A stretch of 64,000 nt of DNA from Thermoplasmata archaeon (GTDB lineage: Archaea > Thermoplasmatota > Thermoplasmata > Lutacidiplasmatales > UBA184), in contig JAKAWX010000001.1 of the NCBI GenBank assembly GCA_021816865.1, forward strand, positions 252,739-316,738, read 5' to 3'. Shown here in pieces: positions 43,765 through 52,809 of this stretch; the stretch's first letter is position 1; each line of letters begins with the position of its first letter. A model generated the notes under the pieces. That model saw only the letters and a list, made by a program, of their open reading frames with translations, did not search any database and was not told the DNA's origin. The position numbers were made by a program, and so were the translations under genes.

Positions 43765-44275
43765 TCCCGTAGACGTGCACGTCGTGCCAGCCGCCGTGGT
43801 GGAAGAGCGCGGCCTGCAACGTCCCTTCCCGCCGGAAACCGAGCCCCTCGAGCAGGCGGTAGGACGCAACGTTCTCGGTGTCGCACGTCGCCCCGACCCG
43901 CTCGAGGGCGGTCGTGGCGTAGAGGTGGTCGACGAGGAGGGCGACCGCCTCGCGGCCGTACCCGTGGCCCCGGGCCGCCCGGTCCCCGATCACATACCAG
44001 ACGTCCACGGTCTCGAGGACCGGATGCGGACGGTAGTGCCCTACGACGCCGAGCACGACGGCCTCCCCGCGGCGCACGACGCCGAACCGGGGGGCGAGCG
44101 ATCCGGCGTCGTCCGGGGCCGACTCGACGGCCCGGACGAAGTCGTCGAACGTGTCGACCGAAAACCGGTCGTACGGCGAGACCGTCTCCGGGTCGTTGTA
44201 CCACGCGAAGACGGCCCCGTACTCGTCGGGCTCGAGAGGTCGCAGACGAACGTTCGGGCCGTCGAGGATTGCCAT
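43724..44275 (-). CDS. GNAT N-acetyltransferase (RimJ/RimL-like)
   Basis: VRLRPLEPDEY..., IGDRAARGHGYGREAVALLVDHLY, NVASYRLLEGLGFRREG. ATG 44275 lies within track ORF 43724..44404. Confidence 0.8.
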   Translation of the reverse strand: MAILDGPNVRLRPLEPDEYGAVFAWYNDPETVSPYDRFSVDTFDDFVRAVESAPDDAGSLAPRFGVVRRGEAVVLGVVGHYRPHPVLETVDVWYVIGDRAARGHGYGREAVALLVDHLYATTALERVGATCDTENVASYRLLEGLGFRREGTLQAALFHHGGWHDVHVYGITRTQWAARNRPA

Positions 44276-44282
44276 CCCGGCC

Positions 44283-44675
44283 CTACGCCTGGCTTGCGGA
44301 GCCGCCCGACGGGGACGGCGAAGCGGGGGCGGCCTCGGACGGCGCCGGCTCCGCGGCGACCGAGGGGTCGGGGTCCGCGAGCTCGTCCCCCCGGCGGTAC
44401 ACAAGCGCCTTGCGGTGCCCGACCGCGGTCAGGGAGTAGACGTGCTTTGGCTCCGAGTACCCGACCACGTACTGCGTGCGTCGGTAGACCATGCGCATCA
44501 TTTCGAGCGACCGCAGGGCCTGCTTCAGCTCGAGGGAGTCCTCGACGGAGAACTTGCGCAAGATACCGAACTCGGTCGTCCACTGGGACGCCTCGAACCG
44601 GACCTGCTGCCCCCGGTGCTCGAGCAGATGCAAGAGCAGCATCCGTTCGAGACGGTCGAGCGACTCTTGCGACAT
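44283..44675 (-). CDS. Winged-helix DNA-binding protein, hypothetical
   Basis: MSQESLDRLERMLLLHLLEHRG...YSLTAVGHRKAL, wHTH-like, with a P/A/S-rich tail. ATG 44675 lies within track ORF 44283..45275. Confidence 0.55.
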   Translation of the reverse strand: MSQESLDRLERMLLLHLLEHRGQQVRFEASQWTTEFGILRKFSVEDSLELKQALRSLEMMRMVYRRTQYVVGYSEPKHVYSLTAVGHRKALVYRRGDELADPDPSVAAEPAPSEAAPASPSPSGGSASQA

Positions 44676-44695
44676 TGACCCCGAGCCCGGGACCC

Positions 44696-44950
44696 CTACG
44701 AGATCGTGGTGATCTCGTAATTGACGTCGAGCCCTTTCAGGCGATCGTGCATCTCGGTCATCAGCCGGATGACCTCGTCGAGCGTCGCCTTGTCCTTCCA
44801 CTTGTAGACGAAATCGTGCATCCCCATCGATTCCTCGAACCCGAGCGTTCGCATCGCCTCCAGCACTTTGAGCGGGTTGGCGCCTTCGGAGTGGAAGGTC
44901 ATCCGGACGTAGGTGCGCATGCTCCCCTTCACCGGGACGACCCGGTGCAT
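44696..44950 (-). CDS. Small conserved-looking hypothetical protein (84 aa)
   Basis: Unusually non-GC-biased residue content (K, M, F, Y, E rich), alpha/beta pattern. ATG lies 25 nt from the TTATATAT island. Confidence 0.5.
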   Translation of the reverse strand: MHRVVPVKGSMRTYVRMTFHSEGANPLKVLEAMRTLGFEESMGMHDFVYKWKDKATLDEVIRLMTEMHDRLKGLDVNYEITTIS

Positions 44951-44971
44951 CGTGTTTAGGGGACCCTCGGC

Positions 44972-44979
44972 TTATATAT
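44972..44979. promoter_or_regulatory. Single TATA island shared by divergent leaderless genes
   Basis: TTATATAT, centre 25 nt from minus-strand ATG 44950 and 28 nt from plus-strand ATG 45004. Confidence 0.5.
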
Positions 44980-45003
44980 GCTTCCCTGACTCGCGGCCCA
45001 CCG

Positions 45004-45969
45004 ATGGGCGACTGGGTCCGGGACGGCCCTGTGGTCGTCACCGGCGGAGCCGGGGCGATCGGGTCGGTCCTCGTTCGCTCGCTCCTCGAGCGCGGCGCGA
45101 CCGTCCGCGTCATCGACAACCTCTCGGGCGGCCGCCGGGAGCACCTGCCGGTGCCCGACGCACGCCTGAGCGTGACCGTCGCCGACCTGCGCGAGCCCGA
45201 GACGTATGCCTCGCTGTTCCGCGGGGCATCGGCGATCTGGCACCTCGCCGCGAACCCGGACATCCGGCTCGGCACGAAGGATCCCCGGATCGACTTCGAG
45301 CACGGGACGGTCGCGACGTTCCGGGTCCTCGAGCTCGCGCGGAAGGAGGACGTTCGCCGGGTGATGTACTCCTCTTCGAGCGTCGTCTACGGGTCCCCGA
45401 CGGTCTTCCCGACCCCCGAAGAGTACGGCCCGCTCGAGCCCGAGTCGCTGTACGCGGCGTCGAAGCTGGCGGCCGAGGGGCTCTGCTCGGCCTACGCCCA
45501 CAGCTACGGGCTGCGGACCGACCTTTTCCGCTTTGCGAACATCATCGGGCCGGCGATGACCCACGGCGTGCTCCCCGACTTCTTCGACAAGCTCGCGCGT
45601 GACCCGACGCGCCTCGAGGTGCTCGGCGACGGCCGGCAGGCCAAGAGCTACCTGCGAACCGAGGACTGTGTCGACGGGATGCTGACGGTCGCCGACCGGG
45701 AGTTCGGACCCGTCTCGGTCCACAACCTGGGCACCACCGACCGGATCTCCGTACGGGAGATCGCCGAAAAGGTCGTGGCGGCCCACGGGGGCCGGGCCCG
45801 TATCGAGTACACCGGGGGCGCGCGAGGTTGGGTCGGTGACGTCCCCCAGCAGCTCCTCGCGATCGACCGGATCCGCAAGCTCGGGTGGCACCCCCGATAC
45901 ACGAGCGCCGGTGCGATCGACCGCACGATCGAGGAACTAGCGAGCGCCCGCGGCGTGCACCCGACCTGA
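45004..45969 (+). CDS. NAD-dependent nucleotide-sugar epimerase/dehydratase (GalE-like SDR)
   Basis: VVVTGGAGAIGSVLVRSLL Rossmann motif and YAASKLAAEG (YxxxK). Confidence 0.85.
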   Translation: MGDWVRDGPVVVTGGAGAIGSVLVRSLLERGATVRVIDNLSGGRREHLPVPDARLSVTVADLREPETYASLFRGASAIWHLAANPDIRLGTKDPRIDFEHGTVATFRVLELARKEDVRRVMYSSSSVVYGSPTVFPTPEEYGPLEPESLYAASKLAAEGLCSAYAHSYGLRTDLFRFANIIGPAMTHGVLPDFFDKLARDPTRLEVLGDGRQAKSYLRTEDCVDGMLTVADREFGPVSVHNLGTTDRISVREIAEKVVAAHGGRARIEYTGGARGWVGDVPQQLLAIDRIRKLGWHPRYTSAGAIDRTIEELASARGVHPT

Positions 45970-47019
45970 GGCCGTTCGGGCCGGTCGGTCGGCCGTTTCC
46001 GCGGCCACGGACCGGTAGACCGTCAGGAGATCGGGCACGATCCGGGGCCAGGCGTACCGCGCGAGAGCCACCGCCCGGGCCGACTCCCCAACTCGGCGAC
46101 GTCGGTCGTCCTCGGCCACAAGGACCCGCACCCGCTCCCCGAGTCCCCGCGCGAACGCCGCCGGGTCCTGGTCCGGTACGACCGCCCCCGTCACGTCGTC
46201 CTCCACGACACCTTCGACCGCAGCGCCGCCGAGCACCGGCAGCCCCGCCGACAGGCCCTCGAGGACGGTCGCCGAGAGGATCTCGACGGCGCTCGGGTGG
46301 ACGAGGAAATCGCTCTCCCCGAAGAGGCGTTCGAGCTCGGAGTCGGGGACCTCGCCCGCGAGCGTCACCTCGGGGCCGTGGCGGCGCAGCGACTCGGCGT
46401 ACGAGTCCGAGACGATCGGTCCGGCGATCGTGAGGGAGACCCCGGTGCCTGCGAGCGCCGCCACGGCGAGATGCCAGCGCTTGAACGGGGCGACGACCCC
46501 GACCCCGAGGGCGCGCCGGCCGGTGCGGCGGTCCCACCGCGGCGCGAAGCGGTCGGTGTCGACGCCGAACGGGATGACGGAGATCGGAGGCAGCGGAGGC
46601 CGGACGGTCGCGCGCATCTTGTCCGCGAGACGGTCGGTGAGCGCGACCGCCGCGCGTGCTCCGCGCACGGCCCGTCGCTCGAGAAAGTACCCCCAGCGGT
46701 GGGTGAGGGACTCCCGGTAGTACCAGTGCCTCGAGTGGGATGTGTACACGTACGGCCGTCCGCCGAGGGCGAGGCGGTTCGCGACCACGGGGGTCTGCGC
46801 GTGAAGGACATCGAACCGTTCGCGCCGCAGAAGCCGAGGGAGCTCCCAGGCGAACGGGTACTCGTCCCTCATCCGGCCGTGGCGTACCCGGTTCACGACC
46901 ACGGCCTCCTCGCCCGCCGCCTCGAGCGCGGCCCGGAGATCCGTGAGGATCCGCTCGATCGCGCCGTACCCCGTCGGAGGGATCGGGTGGACCCCCCCTC
47001 CGATGAGGAGAATCCGCAC
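45937..47019 (-). CDS. Glycosyltransferase family 4
   Basis: MRILLIGGGVHPIPPTGYGAIE and SDFLVHPSAVEILSATVLEGLSAGLPVL. GTG start 25 nt from the ATTAA island. 33-nt convergent overlap with the epimerase gene. Confidence 0.8.
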   Translation of the reverse strand: MRILLIGGGVHPIPPTGYGAIERILTDLRAALEAAGEEAVVVNRVRHGRMRDEYPFAWELPRLLRRERFDVLHAQTPVVANRLALGGRPYVYTSHSRHWYYRESLTHRWGYFLERRAVRGARAAVALTDRLADKMRATVRPPLPPISVIPFGVDTDRFAPRWDRRTGRRALGVGVVAPFKRWHLAVAALAGTGVSLTIAGPIVSDSYAESLRRHGPEVTLAGEVPDSELERLFGESDFLVHPSAVEILSATVLEGLSAGLPVLGGAAVEGVVEDDVTGAVVPDQDPAAFARGLGERVRVLVAEDDRRRRVGESARAVALARYAWPRIVPDLLTVYRSVAAETADRPARTASGRVHAAGAR

Positions 47020-47114
47020 GGTCGCCCTAGCGGCCCCTCAGATTAAGGACTTGGCGCGTACTGGAGGCCGGACCGGGGCCGATCGTCATCGGCCGCGGAG
47101 GGGGGTAGGCCGCG

Positions 47115-48023
47115 ATGGGCACGGTGTGTGTCGAAGTCGCCGTCGGCGACGACCCCCGACTCCTGGTCGCCCTCGACTCCCTCGTCGCGCAGACGCGCCG
47201 TCCCGACCGCGTGTTGATCGCGGCGTCCGCGTCCACGCCGGAGTCCCTACTGGCCCAGGCGCGCCTCCGCTCGGGGCACCTCGAACTTTCGGTCGAACGG
47301 TATCCGGGCGGATTGGTCGACGCCCGGGCGGCGTCGATCCGGTCCATCCGAGAGGAGTTCACGGCGTTCCTCGACTCGGACGAGTCCGCCCCCCCCGACT
47401 GGCTCGACCGGCTCCTCCGCCCGCTCGAGCGACCGGGGGGCCCGGCGTTCTCGGGGGGTCCGACGCGCCCCGGTCGGCCCCCGGCGCACCCGATCGAGAG
47501 GTACTACGCCCTCCTCGAGCGCTCGATCTACGCGAACCTCGTCCCGTCGAGCGTCGCCTACCTTCCGCTCCAGAACACCGCCTGGCGGACGGAGGTGCTC
47601 CGCGCGCTCGGTTTCGACCCGAGGATACCGTACGCCGAGGACCACGACCTCGAGACCCGGGCGCTTGCGGCGGGCTACACGGGCGAGTTCGTTCCCGACG
47701 CCTACGTGGTGCATGACAAGAGTAACGAGACGAGTTACCTTCGGTGGGCGAGGAAGCGGTACCGCTACCTTCTCGCGATGGCGATGTCGCTGATCAAGAA
47801 CGGCGGACTGCGGTCCCGGCTCGAGGAGCGGCGGACCCCGGTCGACCACCCGCTGCGCTTCGCCGAGATGCCCCTCAAGCCGGTCGCACTCCTCCATGCG
47901 TTCGCCCGCTGGCGACGGCACGGCCCGGCGGCACGCGCTCTACCCTCGGCGGCCGCCGTCCCCGGCCCGGTCGTCGCCCCGGGGGATCGTACGAACGCCG
48001 GCGGACCATCGAGAAAACCTTAA
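47115..48023 (+). CDS. Glycosyltransferase family 2
   Basis: LVALDSLVAQTRRPDRVLI and FLDSDESAPPDWL (DxD). Confidence 0.75.
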   Translation: MGTVCVEVAVGDDPRLLVALDSLVAQTRRPDRVLIAASASTPESLLAQARLRSGHLELSVERYPGGLVDARAASIRSIREEFTAFLDSDESAPPDWLDRLLRPLERPGGPAFSGGPTRPGRPPAHPIERYYALLERSIYANLVPSSVAYLPLQNTAWRTEVLRALGFDPRIPYAEDHDLETRALAAGYTGEFVPDAYVVHDKSNETSYLRWARKRYRYLLAMAMSLIKNGGLRSRLEERRTPVDHPLRFAEMPLKPVALLHAFARWRRHGPAARALPSAAAVPGPVVAPGDRTNAGGPSRKP

Positions 48024-48047
48024 GCGACCCCCCGGTTCGGCGGGGCC

Positions 48048-48956
48048 ATGTCGCCCGAGGCGCCGGCGGCGCCCACCCCTTCCGACCTCACCCAGTCGGG
48101 GGACCTCGTTCGCATCGAATACGACCTGTGGGCCGAGACCGCAGGCAAGACCGAGCTCTTGGACACGACCCATGCCGAGGTCGCCGAGGAGCAGAAGATC
48201 GCGACCCCGGAGGGGTTCGCCTTCGGGCCACGGCCTCACCAGGTCGGCGGGGACCGGTTCCCGGGCGGGATCGAGAACGCGCTCATCGGCCTCAAGATCG
48301 GGGACGTCGTCGAACGGGAGTTCGCCCCCTCGGACGCCTTCGGCGAGCGGGACCCTAAGCTGATCGAACTGTTCTCCATGCACGAGGTCGAGCGACTGCC
48401 CGAGATGCGACGGGAAGACGCCCGGCTCGACGTCGGCACCGTCCTCACCATCGAGGGTCGCCGCGGCCGCGTCGTCTCGTTGACGGCCGCCCGTGTACGG
48501 GTCGACTTCAACCCGCCGTTCGCGGGCCGCAAGGTCCGGGGCAAGTTCACGGTCCTCGAGCGCATCGTCGACCCGGTCGCGCAGGCGCGAGCGGTCCTCG
48601 AGCTGCAGTACGGCCGGTCCTCGGAGTTCGGAGTCGAGCACCACGCCCACACGCTGACCCTGACCCTCCCCGAGCGCTCGAAGTTCGACATCAACTGGCT
48701 CGCGGCCAAGCCGCGCGTGATCGATCGCCTGCGCTCCTACGTGCACCCCCGGACGATTCGGATCGTTGAGGAGTACGTGACGCCGGTCGCCGAGAAGAAG
48801 GCGGAGGCCGCTCCGGCGGCTACGTCGAAGGCCGCCGTCGAGGGCCAGCCCGCGATCCCCGAGGCCGAAGGGCCGTCCGAGCCCGCGCCGCCGGCCGAGG
48901 CCAAGGCGAAAGGTTCGTCGAAGGCGCGCGGTCACCCGGCCCCCCCCGATGCGTGA
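48048..48956 (+). CDS. FKBP-type peptidyl-prolyl cis-trans isomerase (long archaeal SlyD/FKBP26-like)
   Basis: GDLVRIEYDLW..., IGLKIGDVVE, VRVDFNPPFAGRKVRGKFTVLE. A/P/E/K-rich C-terminal tail. Confidence 0.8.
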   Translation: MSPEAPAAPTPSDLTQSGDLVRIEYDLWAETAGKTELLDTTHAEVAEEQKIATPEGFAFGPRPHQVGGDRFPGGIENALIGLKIGDVVEREFAPSDAFGERDPKLIELFSMHEVERLPEMRREDARLDVGTVLTIEGRRGRVVSLTAARVRVDFNPPFAGRKVRGKFTVLERIVDPVAQARAVLELQYGRSSEFGVEHHAHTLTLTLPERSKFDINWLAAKPRVIDRLRSYVHPRTIRIVEEYVTPVAEKKAEAAPAATSKAAVEGQPAIPEAEGPSEPAPPAEAKAKGSSKARGHPAPPDA

Positions 48957-49164
48957 TCCGACGACTCGGCGGGAACGCGCGGCGCCGGACACGAACGACG
49001 GGGTCATGAACTCCCCCCCAACTGCGCCGACCATGTCCACCGAACCGGAACCGGCACCGTTTCCCCGAACGTTCGTGATCCTCTCGTTCGCCGCCGCGAT
49101 CCTCGTCGCGGTGATTGTCATCTACTTCGGCGTGAACGGCCAGCTCGGCGCGGGGATTCCGTGA
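48949..49164 (+). CDS. Possible small single-pass membrane protein
   Basis: The ORF ends in the hydrophobic helix FVILSFAAAILVAVIVIYFGV. Start is ambiguous (ATG 48949 overlapping the FKBP stop, or ATG 49006). No recognisable family. Confidence 0.3.
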   Translation: MRDPTTRRERAAPDTNDGVMNSPPTAPTMSTEPEPAPFPRTFVILSFAAAILVAVIVIYFGVNGQLGAGIP

Positions 49165-49219
49165 GTCCTCGTCGGGTGCGTATCGAACCCTCATAAACCC
49201 CGGGGGCGGTGGACCCCGC

Positions 49220-49348
49220 GTGTCCGCTTCCGCCGCCCGGGGGTATGACGACGCGCGGTCGGCGAACTCGGGTTGGATCGCCGCGGCCCTCGTGATCCTC
49301 GGCGTCTTCGTCGTGGGCGCCGCGTTCTGGTTCAGGTACCACCCGTAG
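49220..49348 (+). CDS. Possible 42-aa leaderless single-pass membrane micro-protein
   Basis: Hand-translated VSASAARGYDDARSANSGWIAAALVILGVFVVGAAFWFRYHP. TCATAAAC island 25 nt upstream of GTG 49220. Below the ORF-track cutoff. Confidence 0.3.
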   Translation: MSASAARGYDDARSANSGWIAAALVILGVFVVGAAFWFRYHP

Positions 49349-49907
49349 GCCCGGGTGCCGCGGCGGCGGGTCCGCGCGCGGCGGGCCAGCGGTAGAGGTA
49401 GACATCGGTCGATCGTTCGTACCGCTCGCTCGTCCATCCGGGGACGGGGTGGCAATGACTCACCACCCGAGCCCCGTTCGGCAGTTCGGCCTCGAGCTTC
49501 GGCCGGAGACGGGTCATTGCGCCGGGCCAGAGGAACGCGGTCACGACGGTCGCGCCGCGGAAGTCCTGGTCGAAGAGGTTGCCCCAACGGATCGTGATCC
49601 GGTCGGAGGAGCGGCCGAGCCGTACGCGCAGCCGCAGTATCGCGAGACGGATCGGTTCGACCTCGACCCCGACAACGCGCGCCCCGTACGTCCGAGCCGC
49701 CCGGAAGACGATCGCGCCGGTTCCCGCACCGAGGTCGTAGAGGGTGTCGGCCGGCCCGACCCCGGCGAACGCGAGCATCGTCTCCACGGCCCGGCGCGGG
49801 GTCGGCTCGTATCCCGCGCCGAACGCGAACGACGCGAAGACGAAGTACGCCGCCACGATCCCTCCGACCAGCCCGACCGTGGCCAGGAGGAACACGGGGT
49901 CGACCAT
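49332..49907 (-). CDS. Class I SAM-dependent methyltransferase with N-terminal TM helix
   Basis: N-terminal helix VFLLATVGLVGGIVAAYFVFASFAF, then LYDLGAGTGAIVFRAA (motif I) and VVGVEVEP. Confidence 0.7.
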   Translation of the reverse strand: MVDPVFLLATVGLVGGIVAAYFVFASFAFGAGYEPTPRRAVETMLAFAGVGPADTLYDLGAGTGAIVFRAARTYGARVVGVEVEPIRLAILRLRVRLGRSSDRITIRWGNLFDQDFRGATVVTAFLWPGAMTRLRPKLEAELPNGARVVSHCHPVPGWTSERYERSTDVYLYRWPAARGPAAAAPGPTGGT

Positions 49908-49914
49908 GCGGGGC

Positions 49915-50880
49915 CTAGCGGGACCGGCGCGAACCGGCGAGGAGGCGGTCGGCCGCGGCCCGGGGGTCGAGCGAGCGGGCGACGACCCGGTCGAGCAGGC
50001 GCCTCAACTCCGGGTCGCGCTCGAGCCGATCGATGAGGTCCCGCCCGACCCGGTCCCGCACAAGGCCTACGATCTCCCCCGAAAGGCGGCGCCGCTCGTC
50101 GGCGGCCCGGCCGCCGGAGGCGTCGAGATGGCGTTCGTGCGCCTCCACGGCGGCCCACAGGTCGTCGAGGCCGCTCGGCGGTGCCGTCGACGTCCCGACG
50201 ACGACCGGCGTCCAACCGCCCGGCCACGAGCCGAGCGCCACCAGGTCGTCGAGGTCCCGACGCGCGAGGTCCGCGCCGGGAAGGTCGACCTTGTTCACGC
50301 AGAAGACGTCCGCGATCTCGAAGAGCCCGGCCTTGAGCGTCTGGACCTCGTCGCCGAGGTGGGGGACGACGACGACGACCCGAGTGGTCGCGACCTCCCG
50401 GATCGCGACGTCGACCTGGCCGCTCCCGACGGTCTCGACGAGCACCACGTCGAACCCGGCGGCGTCGAGCAGTCGCGTCGCTTCGAGCGTGGCCGCGGCG
50501 AGACCCCCGGCCGCGCCCCGGCTCGCCATCGACCGGAAGAAGACGCCGGTGTCGTCGGCGCTTCGCTCGAAGCGGATACGGTCCCCGAGCACCGAGCCTC
50601 CCGAGAACGGGCTCGAAGGGTCGACCGCGACGACCGCGACCGTACGGCGCTCGGTGCGGAGCTTCGCGACCAGAGCGTTGATGAGACTCGACTTGCCGAC
50701 CCCGAGGGGCCCGGCGATCCCCACCACCGGCACCCCGCGGGTCCGCGGGTAGAGCGCCCGGAGGACCGGGTCGGCCGCCGGGTCGCCGTTCTCGATCGCC
50801 GTGATCGCGCGGGCGAGTGCCCGCCGATCGCCTTTCACGATCGCACGCGCCGCGCTCGGCAGTGGGCCGGGCCGCGTCAT
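49915..50880 (-). CDS. meaB: Methylmalonyl-CoA mutase-associated GTPase MeaB (ArgK family)
   Basis: [20 protein letters not shown]-loop, [17 protein letters not shown] overlap with the upstream B12-domain gene. Confidence 0.88.
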   Translation of the reverse strand: MTRPGPLPSAARAIVKGDRRALARAITAIENGDPAADPVLRALYPRTRGVPVVGIAGPLGVGKSSLINALVAKLRTERRTVAVVAVDPSSPFSGGSVLGDRIRFERSADDTGVFFRSMASRGAAGGLAAATLEATRLLDAAGFDVVLVETVGSGQVDVAIREVATTRVVVVVPHLGDEVQTLKAGLFEIADVFCVNKVDLPGADLARRDLDDLVALGSWPGGWTPVVVGTSTAPPSGLDDLWAAVEAHERHLDASGGRAADERRRLSGEIVGLVRDRVGRDLIDRLERDPELRRLLDRVVARSLDPRAAADRLLAGSRRSR

Positions 50881-51302
50881 GCCCGGGAACGTGCGAGCTT
50901 CTCGGCGGTCGAGACGATCTCCCCGAGCGAGGTGCCGGGGCCAAAGATCGCGCGGATCCCCGCGCGTTTGAGTCGTTTCGCGTCCTCGTCGGGGATGATC
51001 CCTCCGGCGAAGACCGGGACGCTCGCGGCCCGCTGCCGCTTCAGGAGAGCCAGGACACGGGGGAAGAGGGCCATATGGGCGCCCGAGAGGATGGAGAGGC
51101 CGATGAGGTCGACGTCCTCCTCGAGCGCCGCCCGCACGATCTCCTCCGGGGACTGGCGCAGTCCGGTGTAGATGACCTCCATGCCGGCGTCCCGGAGCGC
51201 GCGGGCGACGACCTTCGCGCCGCGGTCGTGCCCGTCGAGGCCCGGCTTCGCGATCAGGACGCGGATCGGCGTCGTCCGGCGCGGGCGCGTCGTGATCCCC
51301 AT
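50877..51302 (-). CDS. Methylmalonyl-CoA mutase small subunit (cobalamin-binding domain)
   Basis: [35 protein letters not shown] (DxHxxG B12 motif) and GLSILSGAH. Confidence 0.88.
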   Translation of the reverse strand: MGITTRPRRTTPIRVLIAKPGLDGHDRGAKVVARALRDAGMEVIYTGLRQSPEEIVRAALEEDVDLIGLSILSGAHMALFPRVLALLKRQRAASVPVFAGGIIPDEDAKRLKRAGIRAIFGPGTSLGEIVSTAEKLARSRA

Positions 51303-51348
51303 CGATTCCTTGACGAGGACGGCGGAGAAAAGCTTTGTTGCGGGAGCT

Positions 51349-52272
51349 CTAGACGAGCCGGATCAGGTCGACCACGAGGTTCCCGGCGACGAGCGCCGCG
51401 ACCGCCCCGACGGCCATCACGACCAGGAACGGGATCTGGGGCGTGACCCAGATCCGACGGACCCCCCGGTCGGCCAGTTCGCGCGCGATCTCGACCCGCC
51501 GGCGCCGGTCGTCCTCGGAGGTCTCGATCTCCCCCTCCTCGCGTCGCGCGTCTCCGAACGACGGGTCTCGGACCCAGACGAACCGGCGCGGCAGCTCCGC
51601 CACCGGGATCGAGTAACCGGTGAATCCGCGCCAGAGCTCGAACTCCCCGCGCGCCGCGTTCCGGACCGCCACGGCGACCGGGACCGCGAGCGAGAGGAGG
51701 GCCGCGTTCATCAACAGGTCGACCGAGAACGGCAGCACGCTCGTCAGCGGTACGAGCGCCGGTGACGCCACGAGCCAGGGGGCCGGGAAGAGCGGTACAA
51801 GGAGCCCGGCGATCATGAGCGCCTTCGCGTCCGCGCCGCCGTACAGCACTCCGGCCTCGAAGAGCCCCCGTGCGATCAGGACCGACGCGAAGACCGCGAC
51901 GACCGCGATCGGCACCCCTCCGTCGCCGAAGCCGAACCGGACCGCCACGCCGAAGACGAGGGCCGCCACCGCCCCGTAGCCGCCCAGTTCGAGGAGGTCG
52001 GCGTAGGGCTCGAGACGGGGTCCGAGCCGCTGGTCCCAGGCGAACATGTGCTCCGCCGCGAGCCCGCCGACCGCGAGCCAGAGGAGGAGCGGGATCGTCC
52101 CCCCGGGGAACAACGCGACCGCACCGACCAAGAGGCCCGCGACGCCGAGGACCTGCCAGAGGGTGTCGGTCACCTCGCGCGTCCGGAGGTCCTCGTAGGC
52201 GGCGTAGCCGAACCCCGCGAGGAGGAGGCCGACCTGGACGGCGAGTGTCGCCTCCCCGAGACCGACCCCCAC
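51349..52272 (-). CDS. A24-family aspartic peptidase (archaeal prepilin/preflagellin peptidase-like) with C-terminal soluble domain
   Basis: [13 protein letters not shown] (first Asp) and [16 protein letters not shown] (second Asp, GxxD), ~6 TM. GTG start. Confidence 0.75.
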   Translation of the reverse strand: MGVGLGEATLAVQVGLLLAGFGYAAYEDLRTREVTDTLWQVLGVAGLLVGAVALFPGGTIPLLLWLAVGGLAAEHMFAWDQRLGPRLEPYADLLELGGYGAVAALVFGVAVRFGFGDGGVPIAVVAVFASVLIARGLFEAGVLYGGADAKALMIAGLLVPLFPAPWLVASPALVPLTSVLPFSVDLLMNAALLSLAVPVAVAVRNAARGEFELWRGFTGYSIPVAELPRRFVWVRDPSFGDARREEGEIETSEDDRRRRVEIARELADRGVRRIWVTPQIPFLVVMAVGAVAALVAGNLVVDLIRLV

Positions 52273-52383
52273 CGCACGTCCTCCGCCACCGTTCGACGGC
52301 CGGCGGGATTCTTAAGACCCTCGAGTGCAGGGGAGGGGCGGCCGAGAGCCCGGGGGGAGTCGGGCGACGCCGCGGCCCGCAAA

Positions 52384-52394
52384 GCTATTTAAAC
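52384..52394 (+). promoter_or_regulatory. TATA box for rps6e-eif2g-trm112 operon
   Basis: GCTATTTAAAC island ~43 nt upstream of ATG 52432. Confidence 0.5.
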
Positions 52395-52431
52395 GACCCT
52401 CGACTCGCGCGGCCCCCAGTCGGGAGACGCG

Positions 52432-52809
52432 ATGGTCGAGTACAAGCTGGTCATCTCCGAACGGGCGGCGTCGCTCGCTCGGACCGTTGGCGACCCCCAG
52501 GCCGCCGGCTTCCTTGGAAAGCGGATCGGGGAGACGGTGGGCGGCGAGTTGATCGGGGCGGTCGGTTACACCTTCCGCATCACCGGCGGGACGGACCGCA
52601 GCGGGTTCCCACTCCGGCCCGATTTGCCCGGCGCCCGCCAGACGCGACTGTTCGTCGGCGAGGGCTTCGGCTTCAAAGCCCCGCGGGCCGGAATGCGCAA
52701 GCGCCGGACGTTCCGCGGCAACACGATCAGCGAGGACACGGTCCAGATCAGCCTCGTCGTCGAACAGAAGGGGTCGAAGTCGCTCGCGGAGCTCTTCGGC
52801 GCCTCATGA
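52432..52809 (+). CDS. rps6e: 30S ribosomal protein S6e
   Basis: YTFRITGGTDRSGFPLRPDLPG and GMRKRRTFRGNTIS. Confidence 0.92.
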   Translation: MVEYKLVISERAASLARTVGDPQAAGFLGKRIGETVGGELIGAVGYTFRITGGTDRSGFPLRPDLPGARQTRLFVGEGFGFKAPRAGMRKRRTFRGNTISEDTVQISLVVEQKGSKSLAELFGAS

